Below, one piece after another: positions 38,754 through 47,238 of a DNA stretch of 64,000 nt. Below the pieces are notes generated by a model. It was given only the letters and a program-made list of their open reading frames with translations. It was not told the origin of the DNA and made no database searches. Location of the stretch: positions 24,745-88,744 of the forward strand of contig DAIUCJ010000005.1 of NCBI GenBank assembly GCA_036846225.1, in the 5' to 3' direction. A program made the translations under genes and the position numbers. Each line of letters begins with the position of its first letter. The first letter of the stretch is position 1. The DNA is from Hylemonella sp. (lineage in GTDB: Bacteria > Pseudomonadota > Gammaproteobacteria > Burkholderiales > Burkholderiaceae_C).

Positions 38754-39875
38754 GTGGTGGCAGAAGCTGCATTTCCCGCGCAAAGCGATACATCGGCGGA
38801 CGCATCGGCGCTGACGGCCGAGTTGCTGGACTTCATCGGGCGGCCCGGCGCCACCGATGAGGAGTTCAACGCGTTGGCGCTGCGTTTGTTTGCCCATCAG
38901 TTCCGGCACAACCCGGCCTTGCAGCGCTACTGCCAGCAGCGCGGGCGCACGCCCCGCACCGTGCGGCGCTGGCAGGACATTCCGGCCGTGCCGATCAGCG
39001 GCTTCAAGGACCTGACGCTGAGCTGCGTGCCGCCGGCGCAGTGCGAGCGCGTGTTCATGACCAGCGGCACGACGCGCGGCGATGTGCGCGGCCGCCACTA
39101 CCACCCGCATCTGCAGGTCTATGACCGCTCGATGGTGGTGAATTTCCGCCAGCGCTTCATGGCCGGCCGCGCGCGCATGCGCATCGGCGTGCTGTTCCCG
39201 GACGAGCAGACGCTGCCCCATTCCTCGCTGGCGCATTACCTGGCGCTGGCGCTGCGCGAATTCGGCACGCCCCACAGCCGCTATTTCCTCGGCCCCGAGG
39301 GGCTGCAGCTGGACGCGCTGTGCGAGGCGCTGCAGCAGGCCCAGTCCAGCGGCGAGCCGTTCGCCCTGCTGGGCGCGAGCTACGGTTTCGTGCATCTGCT
39401 CGACGCCCTGGCCGCACGCGGGCTGCGCTTTCGTCTGCCGGCAGGCAGCTGGCTGCTGGATACCGGCGGCTTCAAGGGCCAGTCGCGCGAGATGCAGCCG
39501 CAGGACTTTTACGAAGCGCTGGCGCAGACTTTTGGCGTGCCGCGCAGCGCCTGCATCAACATGTACGGCATGACCGAGCTCAGCACCCAGTTCTACGACG
39601 ACGGCAACGCCGTGTGCCCGTCGGTCAAGTCCGGCCCGCACTGGATCCGCAGCCGCGTGCTCGATCCGGTTAGCGGGCAGGAGGTGGCCGCGGGCGAGCG
39701 CGGCATTCTGGCGCACACCGACCTGGGCAATTTCAATTCCGTACTCACCATCCTGACCGAGGATGTGGGCGTGCAGGTCGAAGGCGGCTTTCTGCTGCTG
39801 GGACGTGCCCAAGGGGCGCAGGCGCGCGGCTGCTCGCTGGCGGTGGACGAGTTTCTGCAGGCCGCGCGCGCATGA
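38754..39875 (+). CDS. LuxE-like acyl-protein synthetase / adenylate-forming enzyme
   Basis: 373 aa. The pattern W.DIPAVPISGFKD...VFMTSGTTRG is typical of LuxE-family (PF04443-like) proteins. It is paired with a LuxC-like gene by an ATGA overlap. GTG start (38754 or 38757), preceded by gaaagg. Confidence 0.65.
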   Translation: MVAEAAFPAQSDTSADASALTAELLDFIGRPGATDEEFNALALRLFAHQFRHNPALQRYCQQRGRTPRTVRRWQDIPAVPISGFKDLTLSCVPPAQCERVFMTSGTTRGDVRGRHYHPHLQVYDRSMVVNFRQRFMAGRARMRIGVLFPDEQTLPHSSLAHYLALALREFGTPHSRYFLGPEGLQLDALCEALQQAQSSGEPFALLGASYGFVHLLDALAARGLRFRLPAGSWLLDTGGFKGQSREMQPQDFYEALAQTFGVPRSACINMYGMTELSTQFYDDGNAVCPSVKSGPHWIRSRVLDPVSGQEVAAGERGILAHTDLGNFNSVLTILTEDVGVQVEGGFLLLGRAQGAQARGCSLAVDEFLQAARA

Positions 39876-41323
39876 AGATCCAGGCCGCCCATGTGCCCGG
39901 CTTGCCAGCGCAAGCGCTGGACTGGCATACCCTGCCGTTCGGCACGGGCGCGCAGGCGGTGGACGTGCGGGTGCCGCGGCTGACGCCGGCGCAGCTGCAA
40001 GCCCTGGCCACGCAGGTGCGCGAGCGCGGCGGCGCCGTGCTGCGCGCCATGCCGCTGGCGCAGATCGTGGCCGCGATCGACCGCGCCGTCGCGCGATTGC
40101 TCAACCCGGCCGATCCTTGCCGCATGGAGCTGGATCTGCTGCTGCCGCGCATCACCGGCTTCGATGCCGAGATGGTGCGGCTGGGCCTGAACGCCAGCCT
40201 CAAAACCTTTCGCGCGCCGCAGCTGCAGCGCTTTCTGGCCGAGGATTTCCCCAATCCGGCCGTGCTCGACGCCTTTCAGCCCGCCCTCAAGGGCGGCATG
40301 GTCCGCGCCTACGGGCCGCGCCTGCTGGCCCAGGTCTGGGCCGGCAATGTGCCGGGCCTGCCGCTGTGGGGCCTGGTTTGCGCTCTGCTGGTCAAGGCGC
40401 CGGTCGTGGGCAAGGTGGCCAGCGCCGAGCCGCTGTTTGCCCCGGTGTTCGCCCGGCTGCTGGCCGAGGTCGAGCCGCGCCTGGCCGATGCGCTGGCCAT
40501 CGTGTGGTTCCCCGGCGGGGACACGGCCAGCGAGCGCGCGCTCTTGCAGCAGGCCGATGTGGTGCTGGCCTACGGCGGCAACGACACGCTGGCCGCGCTG
40601 CGCCAGCAGGTGCCGCCCATGGCCCGTTTCCTGCCCCATGGCCACAAGCTCAGCGCCGGCCTGGTCGGCGCCGGCGCGCTGGACGTGCAGCAGGCCCAGG
40701 CCACGGCCCGGCTGGCGGCGCTGGACGTGGTGCGTTACGAGCAGCAGGGTTGCTACTCGCCGCATACGTTTTACGTGGCCCGGGGCGGCCGCGTGTCGCC
40801 GCAGGAATTCGCCCAGGCGCTGGCCGGCGAGCTGGCCGCGCTGCAGCACAAGTTCGCGCGCCGCACGCTGACGCTGGAGGAAGCCGCCAGCGTGGCAGCC
40901 TGGCGGCAGGGGCAGGAGCTGCGCGGCCATGCCGAGGGGGGCGTGCAGCTGCTGGGCGCAGCCGGTGCCCCCTGGGCCGTGGCCTTTTCCGACGAAGCGG
41001 CCCCCCTGCAGCCCTGTGCGCTCAACCGCACGGTGCAGGTGCAGGCGGTCGATACGCTGGCCGATGCCGTACCCCTGCTGGCAGCCCAGCGCGGCCTGCT
41101 GCAGACGGTGGGCGTGGCCGCCGCTCCGCAGGAGCTGCATGCGCTGGCGCCGCTGCTGGGCGAGGCCGGGGTGACGCGCATCTGCGCGCTGGGCCGCATG
41201 ACCGCGCCCGAGGCCGGCTGGCACCACGATGGCCGCTACAGCCTGCTCGATCTGGTGCGCATCGTCGAGCTGGAGGCTTCGGCGGAAGCCGCGGCCGAAG
41301 CCTATGCGCCCTACCGGGATTGA
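39872..41323 (+). CDS. LuxC-like acyl-CoA/acyl-protein reductase (aldehyde-forming)
   Basis: 483 aa. It has the LuxC-family hallmarks WAGNVPGLPLWGLVCALLVKAPVVGKVAS, YGGNDT and EQQGCYSPH (candidate catalytic Cys). Confidence 0.65.
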   Translation: MKIQAAHVPGLPAQALDWHTLPFGTGAQAVDVRVPRLTPAQLQALATQVRERGGAVLRAMPLAQIVAAIDRAVARLLNPADPCRMELDLLLPRITGFDAEMVRLGLNASLKTFRAPQLQRFLAEDFPNPAVLDAFQPALKGGMVRAYGPRLLAQVWAGNVPGLPLWGLVCALLVKAPVVGKVASAEPLFAPVFARLLAEVEPRLADALAIVWFPGGDTASERALLQQADVVLAYGGNDTLAALRQQVPPMARFLPHGHKLSAGLVGAGALDVQQAQATARLAALDVVRYEQQGCYSPHTFYVARGGRVSPQEFAQALAGELAALQHKFARRTLTLEEAASVAAWRQGQELRGHAEGGVQLLGAAGAPWAVAFSDEAAPLQPCALNRTVQVQAVDTLADAVPLLAAQRGLLQTVGVAAAPQELHALAPLLGEAGVTRICALGRMTAPEAGWHHDGRYSLLDLVRIVELEASAEAAAEAYAPYRD

Positions 41324-41328
41324 GTCGG

Positions 41329-42162
41329 ATGGACGCAGCGCACGCCTCTGCCACTGTCGTTGCTGCCGCGCCGTCCGGGGCAGAGGCCGGTTCGGCCTCG
41401 AACGGGCAGCCGGTTCCGTTTCTGCAGATGCGGCAAGTCACTTACACCTACCCCGGCTGGCCGCCGGTGGTGCAGCAGGTGGACTGGGACATCGCGCCGG
41501 GCGAGTTCCATTGCCTGGTCGGGCGCAGCGGCTGCGGCAAGACCACGCTGCTCAAGCTGGCTGCAGGGCTGCTTGCGCCCCAGCAGGGTGAAGTGCGGGT
41601 GCAGGGGCGTTTGCTGCAGGGGCCGGGCCCGCAGACGGGCTTTGTGTTCCAGCAGCCCACGCTGCTGGAGTGGCTGACCGTGCGCGACAACGTGCTGCTG
41701 CCCCTGAGCCTGCACGGCCGGCCTGCGGCCGAGGCGGTGCGGCAGGCCGAAGCGCTGCTGCAGCAGCTGGGACTGGGCCGCCAGCTGGACCACTACCCGC
41801 GCCAGCTCTCGGGCGGGCAGCAAAGCCGGGTGGCGCTGGCGCGCGCGCTGCTGCCGCAGCCGCCCATCCTGCTGATGGACGAGCCGTTTGCCGCGCTCGA
41901 TGCCCTGACGCGGGAGGAGCTGCAGGACGAACTGCAGCGCCTGTGCCGCGCGCGCGGCACCTCGGTGTTTTTCGTCACGCACGACATCGGCGAGGCGGTC
42001 TATCTGGCCGACCGGGTCGCGGTGATGCGCGCTGGCCGCATCGGCCACGACATCCGCGTGCCGCTGCCGCGGCCGCGCACGCAGGCGTTGCGCTACGAAG
42101 CGCCCTTCAACGCCCTGTGCGCCGAGCTGCGGCGCGCGATGGACCCGCAGGAGGGGGCATGA
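41329..42162 (+). CDS. ABC transporter ATP-binding protein (NitT/TauT family; ThiZ-like)
   Basis: Walker A GRSGCGKTT, signature LSGGQQSRVALARAL, Walker B LLMDEPFAALD. Only the last 834 nt of ORF 39763..42162 are taken as coding. Confidence 0.85.
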   Translation: MDAAHASATVVAAAPSGAEAGSASNGQPVPFLQMRQVTYTYPGWPPVVQQVDWDIAPGEFHCLVGRSGCGKTTLLKLAAGLLAPQQGEVRVQGRLLQGPGPQTGFVFQQPTLLEWLTVRDNVLLPLSLHGRPAAEAVRQAEALLQQLGLGRQLDHYPRQLSGGQQSRVALARALLPQPPILLMDEPFAALDALTREELQDELQRLCRARGTSVFFVTHDIGEAVYLADRVAVMRAGRIGHDIRVPLPRPRTQALRYEAPFNALCAELRRAMDPQEGA

Positions 42163-42917
42163 AGCATCCCCGAGTGCTCGCGCTGCTGTTGCTGCTGCTG
42201 CTCATCGGCGCGTGGGAGTGGGCGGTGCCGGCCCTGGGCTTTTCGCCGCTGGTGCTGCCTGCGCCCAGCGCGGTGCTGGCCGCGCTGTGGCGGGCCCTGG
42301 CCAGCGGGTTTCTGTGGCCGCATCTGGGCCAGACGGTGCTGGAGCTGCTGCTGGGGCTCGTACTGGGGGTGGCGCTGGGTTTCGCCGGCGGCGTGCTGCT
42401 GGGCGAGTCCACCGCGCTGCGGCGCGTGCTCATGCCCTATGTCGTCACCAGCCAGGTGATCCCGAAGCTGGCGCTGCTGCCGCTGTTCATCGTCTGGTTC
42501 GGCTTCGGCACCGTGCCCACGGTGGTCATGACGGCGCTGATCTGCTTCTTTCCGCTGCTCGAAAACACGATGACGGCGATCGCGCACATCGATGCGGCAC
42601 GGCTGGATCTGTTCCGCATGCTGGGCGCCACGCGCTGGCGGACGCTGTGGCGGCTGAAGGTGCCTGCCGGACTGCCTGCCATCCTGGCCGGCCTGCGGGT
42701 GGCGGTGGTGCTGGCGCTGGTGGGCGCGGTGGTGGGCGAATTCATCGGCGCCAGCCAGGGGCTGGGCGCACTGATCATCGCCACCCAGGGCTCGATGGAC
42801 ACGCCGCTGATGTTCGCGGTGCTGCTGGTCATCACCGTGCTGGGCCTGCTGCTGTACGAAATCACGCTGTGGATGGAGCGCCGGCTCCTGCGCCCTTATT
42901 TCCCACCTTCCGATTGA
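42159..42917 (+). CDS. ABC transporter permease (NitT/TauT family; ThiX-like)
   Basis: 252 aa with six predicted TM segments and an EAA-like loop AAR.DLFRMLGATRW. The start overlaps the ATPase stop (ATGA). Confidence 0.85.
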   Translation: MKHPRVLALLLLLLLIGAWEWAVPALGFSPLVLPAPSAVLAALWRALASGFLWPHLGQTVLELLLGLVLGVALGFAGGVLLGESTALRRVLMPYVVTSQVIPKLALLPLFIVWFGFGTVPTVVMTALICFFPLLENTMTAIAHIDAARLDLFRMLGATRWRTLWRLKVPAGLPAILAGLRVAVVLALVGAVVGEFIGASQGLGALIIATQGSMDTPLMFAVLLVITVLGLLLYEITLWMERRLLRPYFPPSD

Positions 42918-42930
42918 CGAGGATCCGATC

Positions 42931-43923
42931 ATGAACAAACGACAGACGCTGCGCTGGCTGGCTGCCGGCGCCACCGCCTCCCTGCTGGCGCCCTGGGCCA
43001 CGGCCCAGGGCCGGCTGGACAGGATCACCATCGCCGGCTGGGGCAAGCCCATCAGCGAAATCACCAACCTGCTGGTCGAGGAAGACAAGGGCTTTTTCCG
43101 CGCCCGCGGCATCGAGCTGGTCTATCTGCCGGGCGCCGGCGGCGGCGATGCGATGCGCAACCTGCTCAGCGGCCAGGGCGATGTGGCCTTCACCGACCCG
43201 GGCTCGGTCTATGCCGCGCTGGACCGTGGCGAGAAGCTGCGCATCATCTACGACATCTATCCGCAGAACGTGTTCAACGTGGTGGCGCTGAAGTCCAGCG
43301 GCATCCGCACCCCGGCCGATCTCAAGGGCAAAAAGATCGGGGTGTACAGCCTGTCCAGCGGCACGCGCACGCACCTGGCACTGCTGCTGAGCCAGGCGGG
43401 ACTGAGCGAGCGCGATGTGACCATCGTGCCCACCGGTCTGCTGAACTTCGCGCCCCTGATGCAGGGGCAGGTGGACGCCACCGCCGCCACCGACACCGGC
43501 CTGGTGGTCGGGCGGATGAAGGGGCTGGGCGAGGTCCACGTGATGGAGGTGCGCGATTTCCTCAACCTCTCCAGCGACGTGTTCGTGGTGCGCGAGGAAA
43601 CCTACCAGACGCGCAAGGAAGTGCTGCGGCGTTTTCTGGCCGCCTACCGCGATAGCGCGCAGTGGATGATGGACCACCCGCAGGAGGCGGCCCGGCTGGC
43701 CGTGCGGCGCGCCATCGACGGCCAGAACGAGGCCGTGAACCTGGAAGTGATCAGGCTGCGCAACGCCTCCAGCGTGTCGCCGCTCACTCAAAAGCAGGGG
43801 TTGGGCGCCATCGATGTGGACATGCTGCAGAAAGGGGCCGATGCCTGGCGCCGCATCGGGCTGATCCAGCGCGAGCTGCGCATGAAGGACGTGGTCGCCA
43901 CCGACCTGCTGCCGGGGCGCTGA
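42931..43923 (+). CDS. ABC transporter substrate-binding protein, NMT1/THI5-like (ThiY-like)
   Basis: Signal peptide MNKRQTLRWLAAGATASLLAPWATA, and SsuA/NMT1-type periplasmic binding-fold sequence (ADLKGKKIGVYS.SSGT). Confidence 0.75.
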   Translation: MNKRQTLRWLAAGATASLLAPWATAQGRLDRITIAGWGKPISEITNLLVEEDKGFFRARGIELVYLPGAGGGDAMRNLLSGQGDVAFTDPGSVYAALDRGEKLRIIYDIYPQNVFNVVALKSSGIRTPADLKGKKIGVYSLSSGTRTHLALLLSQAGLSERDVTIVPTGLLNFAPLMQGQVDATAATDTGLVVGRMKGLGEVHVMEVRDFLNLSSDVFVVREETYQTRKEVLRRFLAAYRDSAQWMMDHPQEAARLAVRRAIDGQNEAVNLEVIRLRNASSVSPLTQKQGLGAIDVDMLQKGADAWRRIGLIQRELRMKDVVATDLLPGR

Positions 43924-43924
43924 G

Positions 43925-44692
43925 ATGCGCTTTCAGGGGCAGGTGATCCTGGTCAGCGGCGCCAGCCGCGGCATCGGCGCGGCGATTGCGCGCGCCTTCG
44001 CGGCCGAGGGCGGCTACGTCGTCGTCAACTACCTGCGCAACGAAGCCGCGGCGCAGCAGGTGGTGCAGGACTGCCGCGCCGCCGGGGGCGACGCCTGGGC
44101 GCTGCAGGCCGACGTCACCGACGCCGCGGCCGTGCAGGCCCTGGTGGCGCAGGTGCAGGCCGAACTCGGGCCCATCGACGTGCTGGTGCACAACGCTTTC
44201 GCCCCGTACCGCTTCGATCCGCAGCAGCGTCAGCGCTTCTGGGAAACCGGCTGGAGCGACTACCAGACGCAGTTCGACGGGGCCGTGCGCTCGGCCTACC
44301 ACCTGTGCCAGGCCGTGCTGCCGGGCATGCGCCAGCGCGCCGGCGGTCGCATCGTGTTCGTCGCCACCGATCTGGTCGAGCGCCCCGTCGTGCCTTATCA
44401 CGACTACGGCACGGCCAAGGCGGCGCTGGTGGGCTTCATGCGCCATCTGGCGGCCGAGCTGGGGCCGCTGGGCATACGCGTCAACGCGGTGGCGCCGGGC
44501 CTGGTCTATCCGACCGATGCCAGCCGCGCAACCAGGGAGGACGTGCAGGAAACGCTCGTCGCGCAGACGCCGCTTCGGCGCATCGCCCGCCCCGAGGACG
44601 TGGCCGGCCCGGTGCTGTTCCTGGCCTCGGACTGGAGCCGGTTCGTCACCGGCCAGCTGCTGCTGGTCGATGGCGGGCTGGTGATGAAATGA
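43925..44692 (+). CDS. Short-chain dehydrogenase/reductase (FabG-like SDR)
   Basis: Cofactor motif VSGASRGIGAAIA, NNAF-type motif HNAF, catalytic Y..YGTAK, and PG..YPTD. It starts 1 nt after the binding-protein stop. Confidence 0.85.
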   Translation: MRFQGQVILVSGASRGIGAAIARAFAAEGGYVVVNYLRNEAAAQQVVQDCRAAGGDAWALQADVTDAAAVQALVAQVQAELGPIDVLVHNAFAPYRFDPQQRQRFWETGWSDYQTQFDGAVRSAYHLCQAVLPGMRQRAGGRIVFVATDLVERPVVPYHDYGTAKAALVGFMRHLAAELGPLGIRVNAVAPGLVYPTDASRATREDVQETLVAQTPLRRIARPEDVAGPVLFLASDWSRFVTGQLLLVDGGLVMK

Positions 44693-44753
44693 CCGCTTAG
44701 CCGGTGGGGCAGGCCGTCTGGCCTACACTGCCTGCTGATCCCTTCTGTTGCCC

Positions 44754-45809
44754 ATGTCCGCTTCTGAATCCCTGATCCTCGGCATCGAGTCCTCCTGCGA
44801 CGAAACCGGCGTGGCGCTGGTGCAGGCCACGGCGCAGGGCGTGCCGCGACTGCTGGCCCACGCCCTGCACAGCCAGGTGGAGATGCACCAGGCCTATGGC
44901 GGCGTGGTGCCCGAGTTGGCCAGCCGCGACCACATCCGTCGCGTGCTGCCGCTGACCACACGGGTGCTGGCCGAGGCGGGCCGCTCGCTGCAGGACATCG
45001 ACGTCGTTGCCTACACCCGCGGGCCCGGGCTGGCTGGGGCGCTGCTGGTGGGCTCGGGCTTAGCCTGCGCGCTGGGCGCGGCGCTGGGCAGGCCGGTGCT
45101 GGGCGTGCACCATCTGGAAGGCCATCTGCTGTCGCCGTTTCTGAGCGCCGATCCGCCCGCTTTTCCCTTCGTCGCGCTGCTGGTCTCGGGTGGGCACACC
45201 CAGCTGATGCGGGTGGACGGGGTAGGGCGCTACGAGCTGCTGGGCGAGACCATCGACGACGCGGCGGGCGAGGCTTTCGACAAATCGGCCAAGCTGCTGG
45301 GGCTGGGCTACCCCGGCGGGCCGGCGCTGGCGCGCCTGGCCGAACAGGGCGATGCGCAGGCCTTCAAGCTGCCGAGGCCGCTGCTGCACAGCGGGGATCT
45401 GGACTTTTCCTTCGCCGGCCTCAAGACCGCGGTGCTGACGCAGGTCCAGCGCCTGGGCGATGCGCTGCCTGCGCGCAAGGCCGATCTGGCCGCGTCCACG
45501 CAGGCGGCCATCGTCGAGGTGCTGGTGAAAAAGTCGCTGGCCGCGCTGCAGCAGACGGGACTGCAACGCTTGGTCGTCGCCGGTGGGGTGGGGGCCAACC
45601 GGCTGCTGCGCGCGCAGCTCGATGCCGCCTGCGCCCGCCGCCGCGTGCGCGTGCATTACCCGGAATTGCATCTATGCACCGACAACGGCGCGATGATCGC
45701 GCTGGCGGCGGCCATGCGCCTGCAGGCCGGCCTGCAGCAGGCCAGCCGCGCCTACACCTTCGAAGTCCAGCCGCGCTGGCCGCTGGAAGCGATCGGGCAG
45801 GCGGCCTGA
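44754..45809 (+). CDS. tsaD: tRNA N6-adenosine threonylcarbamoyltransferase TsaD
   Basis: [31 protein letters not shown] and GGVGANR. ATG at 44754 (TTG alternative at 44748). Confidence 0.92.
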   Translation: MSASESLILGIESSCDETGVALVQATAQGVPRLLAHALHSQVEMHQAYGGVVPELASRDHIRRVLPLTTRVLAEAGRSLQDIDVVAYTRGPGLAGALLVGSGLACALGAALGRPVLGVHHLEGHLLSPFLSADPPAFPFVALLVSGGHTQLMRVDGVGRYELLGETIDDAAGEAFDKSAKLLGLGYPGGPALARLAEQGDAQAFKLPRPLLHSGDLDFSFAGLKTAVLTQVQRLGDALPARKADLAASTQAAIVEVLVKKSLAALQQTGLQRLVVAGGVGANRLLRAQLDAACARRRVRVHYPELHLCTDNGAMIALAAAMRLQAGLQQASRAYTFEVQPRWPLEAIGQAA

Positions 45810-45916
45810 AGCGGCCTGCAAGGGCAGGCCCGCCGCACCCAAGCGGCATGCGCGGCACATGCCGGGACGTCAGCATCGGGGCGCGCTGGCGTGGCGGTTG
45901 ATCGAACGCGCCGGCT

Positions 45917-45936
45917 TGTTTAAACTGTGTTTAAAC
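45917..45936. promoter_or_regulatory. Tandem TGTTTAAAC repeat (two palindromic GTTTAAAC sites 11 bp apart), candidate TA operator
   Basis: TGTTTAAAC at 45917-45925 and again at 45928-45936, 13 nt upstream of the mazE-like start and its ggaggg RBS. Confidence 0.4.
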
Positions 45937-45948
45937 AACGGAGGGATC

Positions 45949-46200
45949 ATGGCCGAAGCCGTTCTGGACATCAAGCAGTGGGGCAACAACCTGGGGGTGC
46001 GGCTGCCCGCTGCGGTGGCGCGCGAGGCGCATCTGCACGTGAACCAGCGCGTGCGCGTGTCGGTGCAGGGGCATCAGGTGGTGATCACGCCGTTGACCGA
46101 CGCGCCATTGACGCTGGAGCAGCGTCTGGCGCGCTTCGATCCCGCACGTCATGGTGGCGAGGCCATGGCTGCGCCCCCCGCCGGGGCCGAGCGGTGGTGA
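45949..46200 (+). CDS. mazE: AbrB/MazE/SpoVT-family antitoxin
   Basis: 83 aa. IKQWGNNLGVRLPAAVAREAHL..NQRVRVSV.G..VVITP is a typical MazE/PemI/ChpS swapped-hairpin N-terminus. RBS ggaggg. Confidence 0.8.
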   Translation: MAEAVLDIKQWGNNLGVRLPAAVAREAHLHVNQRVRVSVQGHQVVITPLTDAPLTLEQRLARFDPARHGGEAMAAPPAGAERW

Positions 46201-46589
46201 CGCGCAGGGCGGCGGCGGTCCGCGTGGCTGCCTGGGCGCCTGACCGGCAGGACATCATCTGGATCGACTGCAATCCACAGGCCGGGCGGGAAATGCGGGA
46301 TGTGCACCCTTTTCTGGTGCTCTCGCCACGTCTGTTCAATGAAAAGACCTCGCTGGTCATCGGCCTGCCCATGACGACGGCGGCTTACAACGCCGACAAT
46401 CCCTTCGCGGTGGCCGTGGGCCAGGCGTCCGGACGCAAGGCTGGGCAGACCAGCTATGTGCTCTGCCATCAGCCCAAGTCTTTCGACTGGCGCCTGCGGG
46501 GAGGAAAGCCCCATCCGCTGGGGCGGCTGGGAGATGTGCCGTTTGCCGAGGTGTGCGAGCGGCTCAACCAGATCGTGCAACTGGCCTGA
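46197..46589 (+). CDS. mazF: PemK/MazF-family endoribonuclease toxin
   Basis: PDRQDIIWIDCNPQAGREMRDVHPFLVLSP..FN.KTSLVIGLPMTT and VLCHQPKSFDW fit the MazF/ChpB fold pattern. The GTG start overlaps the mazE stop. Confidence 0.8.
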   Translation: MTRRAAAVRVAAWAPDRQDIIWIDCNPQAGREMRDVHPFLVLSPRLFNEKTSLVIGLPMTTAAYNADNPFAVAVGQASGRKAGQTSYVLCHQPKSFDWRLRGGKPHPLGRLGDVPFAEVCERLNQIVQLA

Positions 46590-46600
46590 TTCCCGGCTAT

Positions 46601-46630
46601 GGCAAAGCAAAGGCCGCGCGGGCGCGGCCT
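46601..46630 (-). terminator. Intrinsic terminator for hsp20 (between convergent mazF and hsp20)
   Basis: GC stem aggccgcg (46611-46618) / cgcggcct (46623-46630). On the minus strand it is followed by TTTGCTTTGCC. Confidence 0.5.
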
Positions 46631-46651
46631 CGGTGCCAGCTTGCGGCGGCC

Positions 46652-47002
46652 TTAGTTGATGGCCAGCTTGATGGCCTTGCTCTCGGGCTGCACTTTGGCC
46701 AGCCTGAGCGTGAGCACGCCGTTTTCCAGCTTGGCTTCGCTGCGGGCCACGTCGATGTCTTGCGGCAGCTCGTAGGCGGCCTTGTACACGCGCGGGGCGC
46801 CGGCGACGGTTTCGATGCGCACGATATTGCCTTCGATGCCCACCGACAGCTGCTCGCGCGAGACGCCGGGCACGTCGAAGGTCAGCTCATAGGCGTCGTT
46901 TTCCGCGCGGGTATCGGCCGCCGCGGGCTCGTGGAAGAAACGGTCGAAGGCACGCAGCGCGGGCTCGAAGGTGGCGCGGCGGATCACGGGGACGAACAGC
47001 AT
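46652..47002 (-). CDS. Hsp20/alpha-crystallin family small heat-shock protein
   Basis: 116 aa: YELTFDVPGVSREQLSVGIEGNIVRIE ... A.LENGVLTLRL.K. Confidence 0.85.
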   Translation of the reverse strand: MLFVPVIRRATFEPALRAFDRFFHEPAAADTRAENDAYELTFDVPGVSREQLSVGIEGNIVRIETVAGAPRVYKAAYELPQDIDVARSEAKLENGVLTLRLAKVQPESKAIKLAIN

Positions 47003-47238
47003 GGATGCACTCCTTATTCACTCGGTTCGATCGGATGGCCGCATCGCAGGGATGGACACGGCCGTTTGCCGCATAACTGGGTATGGCAGGGCCCATTTCA
47101 AGAGCCGTCGCGCTGGGGTGCGGTCTGGGGCTGAGGCGGTGCCGGGCTGCCGCGATGCGGGCGGGCGCGCCGGCAGCGGGTGTGCGGCGGTGCACAATGC
47201 GCAATACGTTCCCTGTTTCCTTCCGCTTCTCCATACCC

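Noticed and set aside
37092-38869. Alternative-frame ORFs over the HI0933-family gene (37092..38702 minus, 37253..37804 and 37814..38581 plus), and the 5' extension of that gene to 38869
   Set aside because: Only the frame starting at [15 protein letters not shown] (38530) shows flavoprotein motifs. The extension to 38869 would run through the TPP riboswitch on the opposite strand, and it is not protein-like.
39593-41328. 544-aa minus-strand ORF, and the first ~520 codons of plus-strand ORF 39763..42162, both overlapping the LuxC-like gene
   Set aside because: The plus-strand ORF only becomes protein-like (Walker A and so on) after the ATG at 41329. The upstream part is an out-of-frame read-through of the LuxC-like gene (Arg/Ala/Gly/Pro-rich). 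The minus-strand ORF is an antisense artefact.
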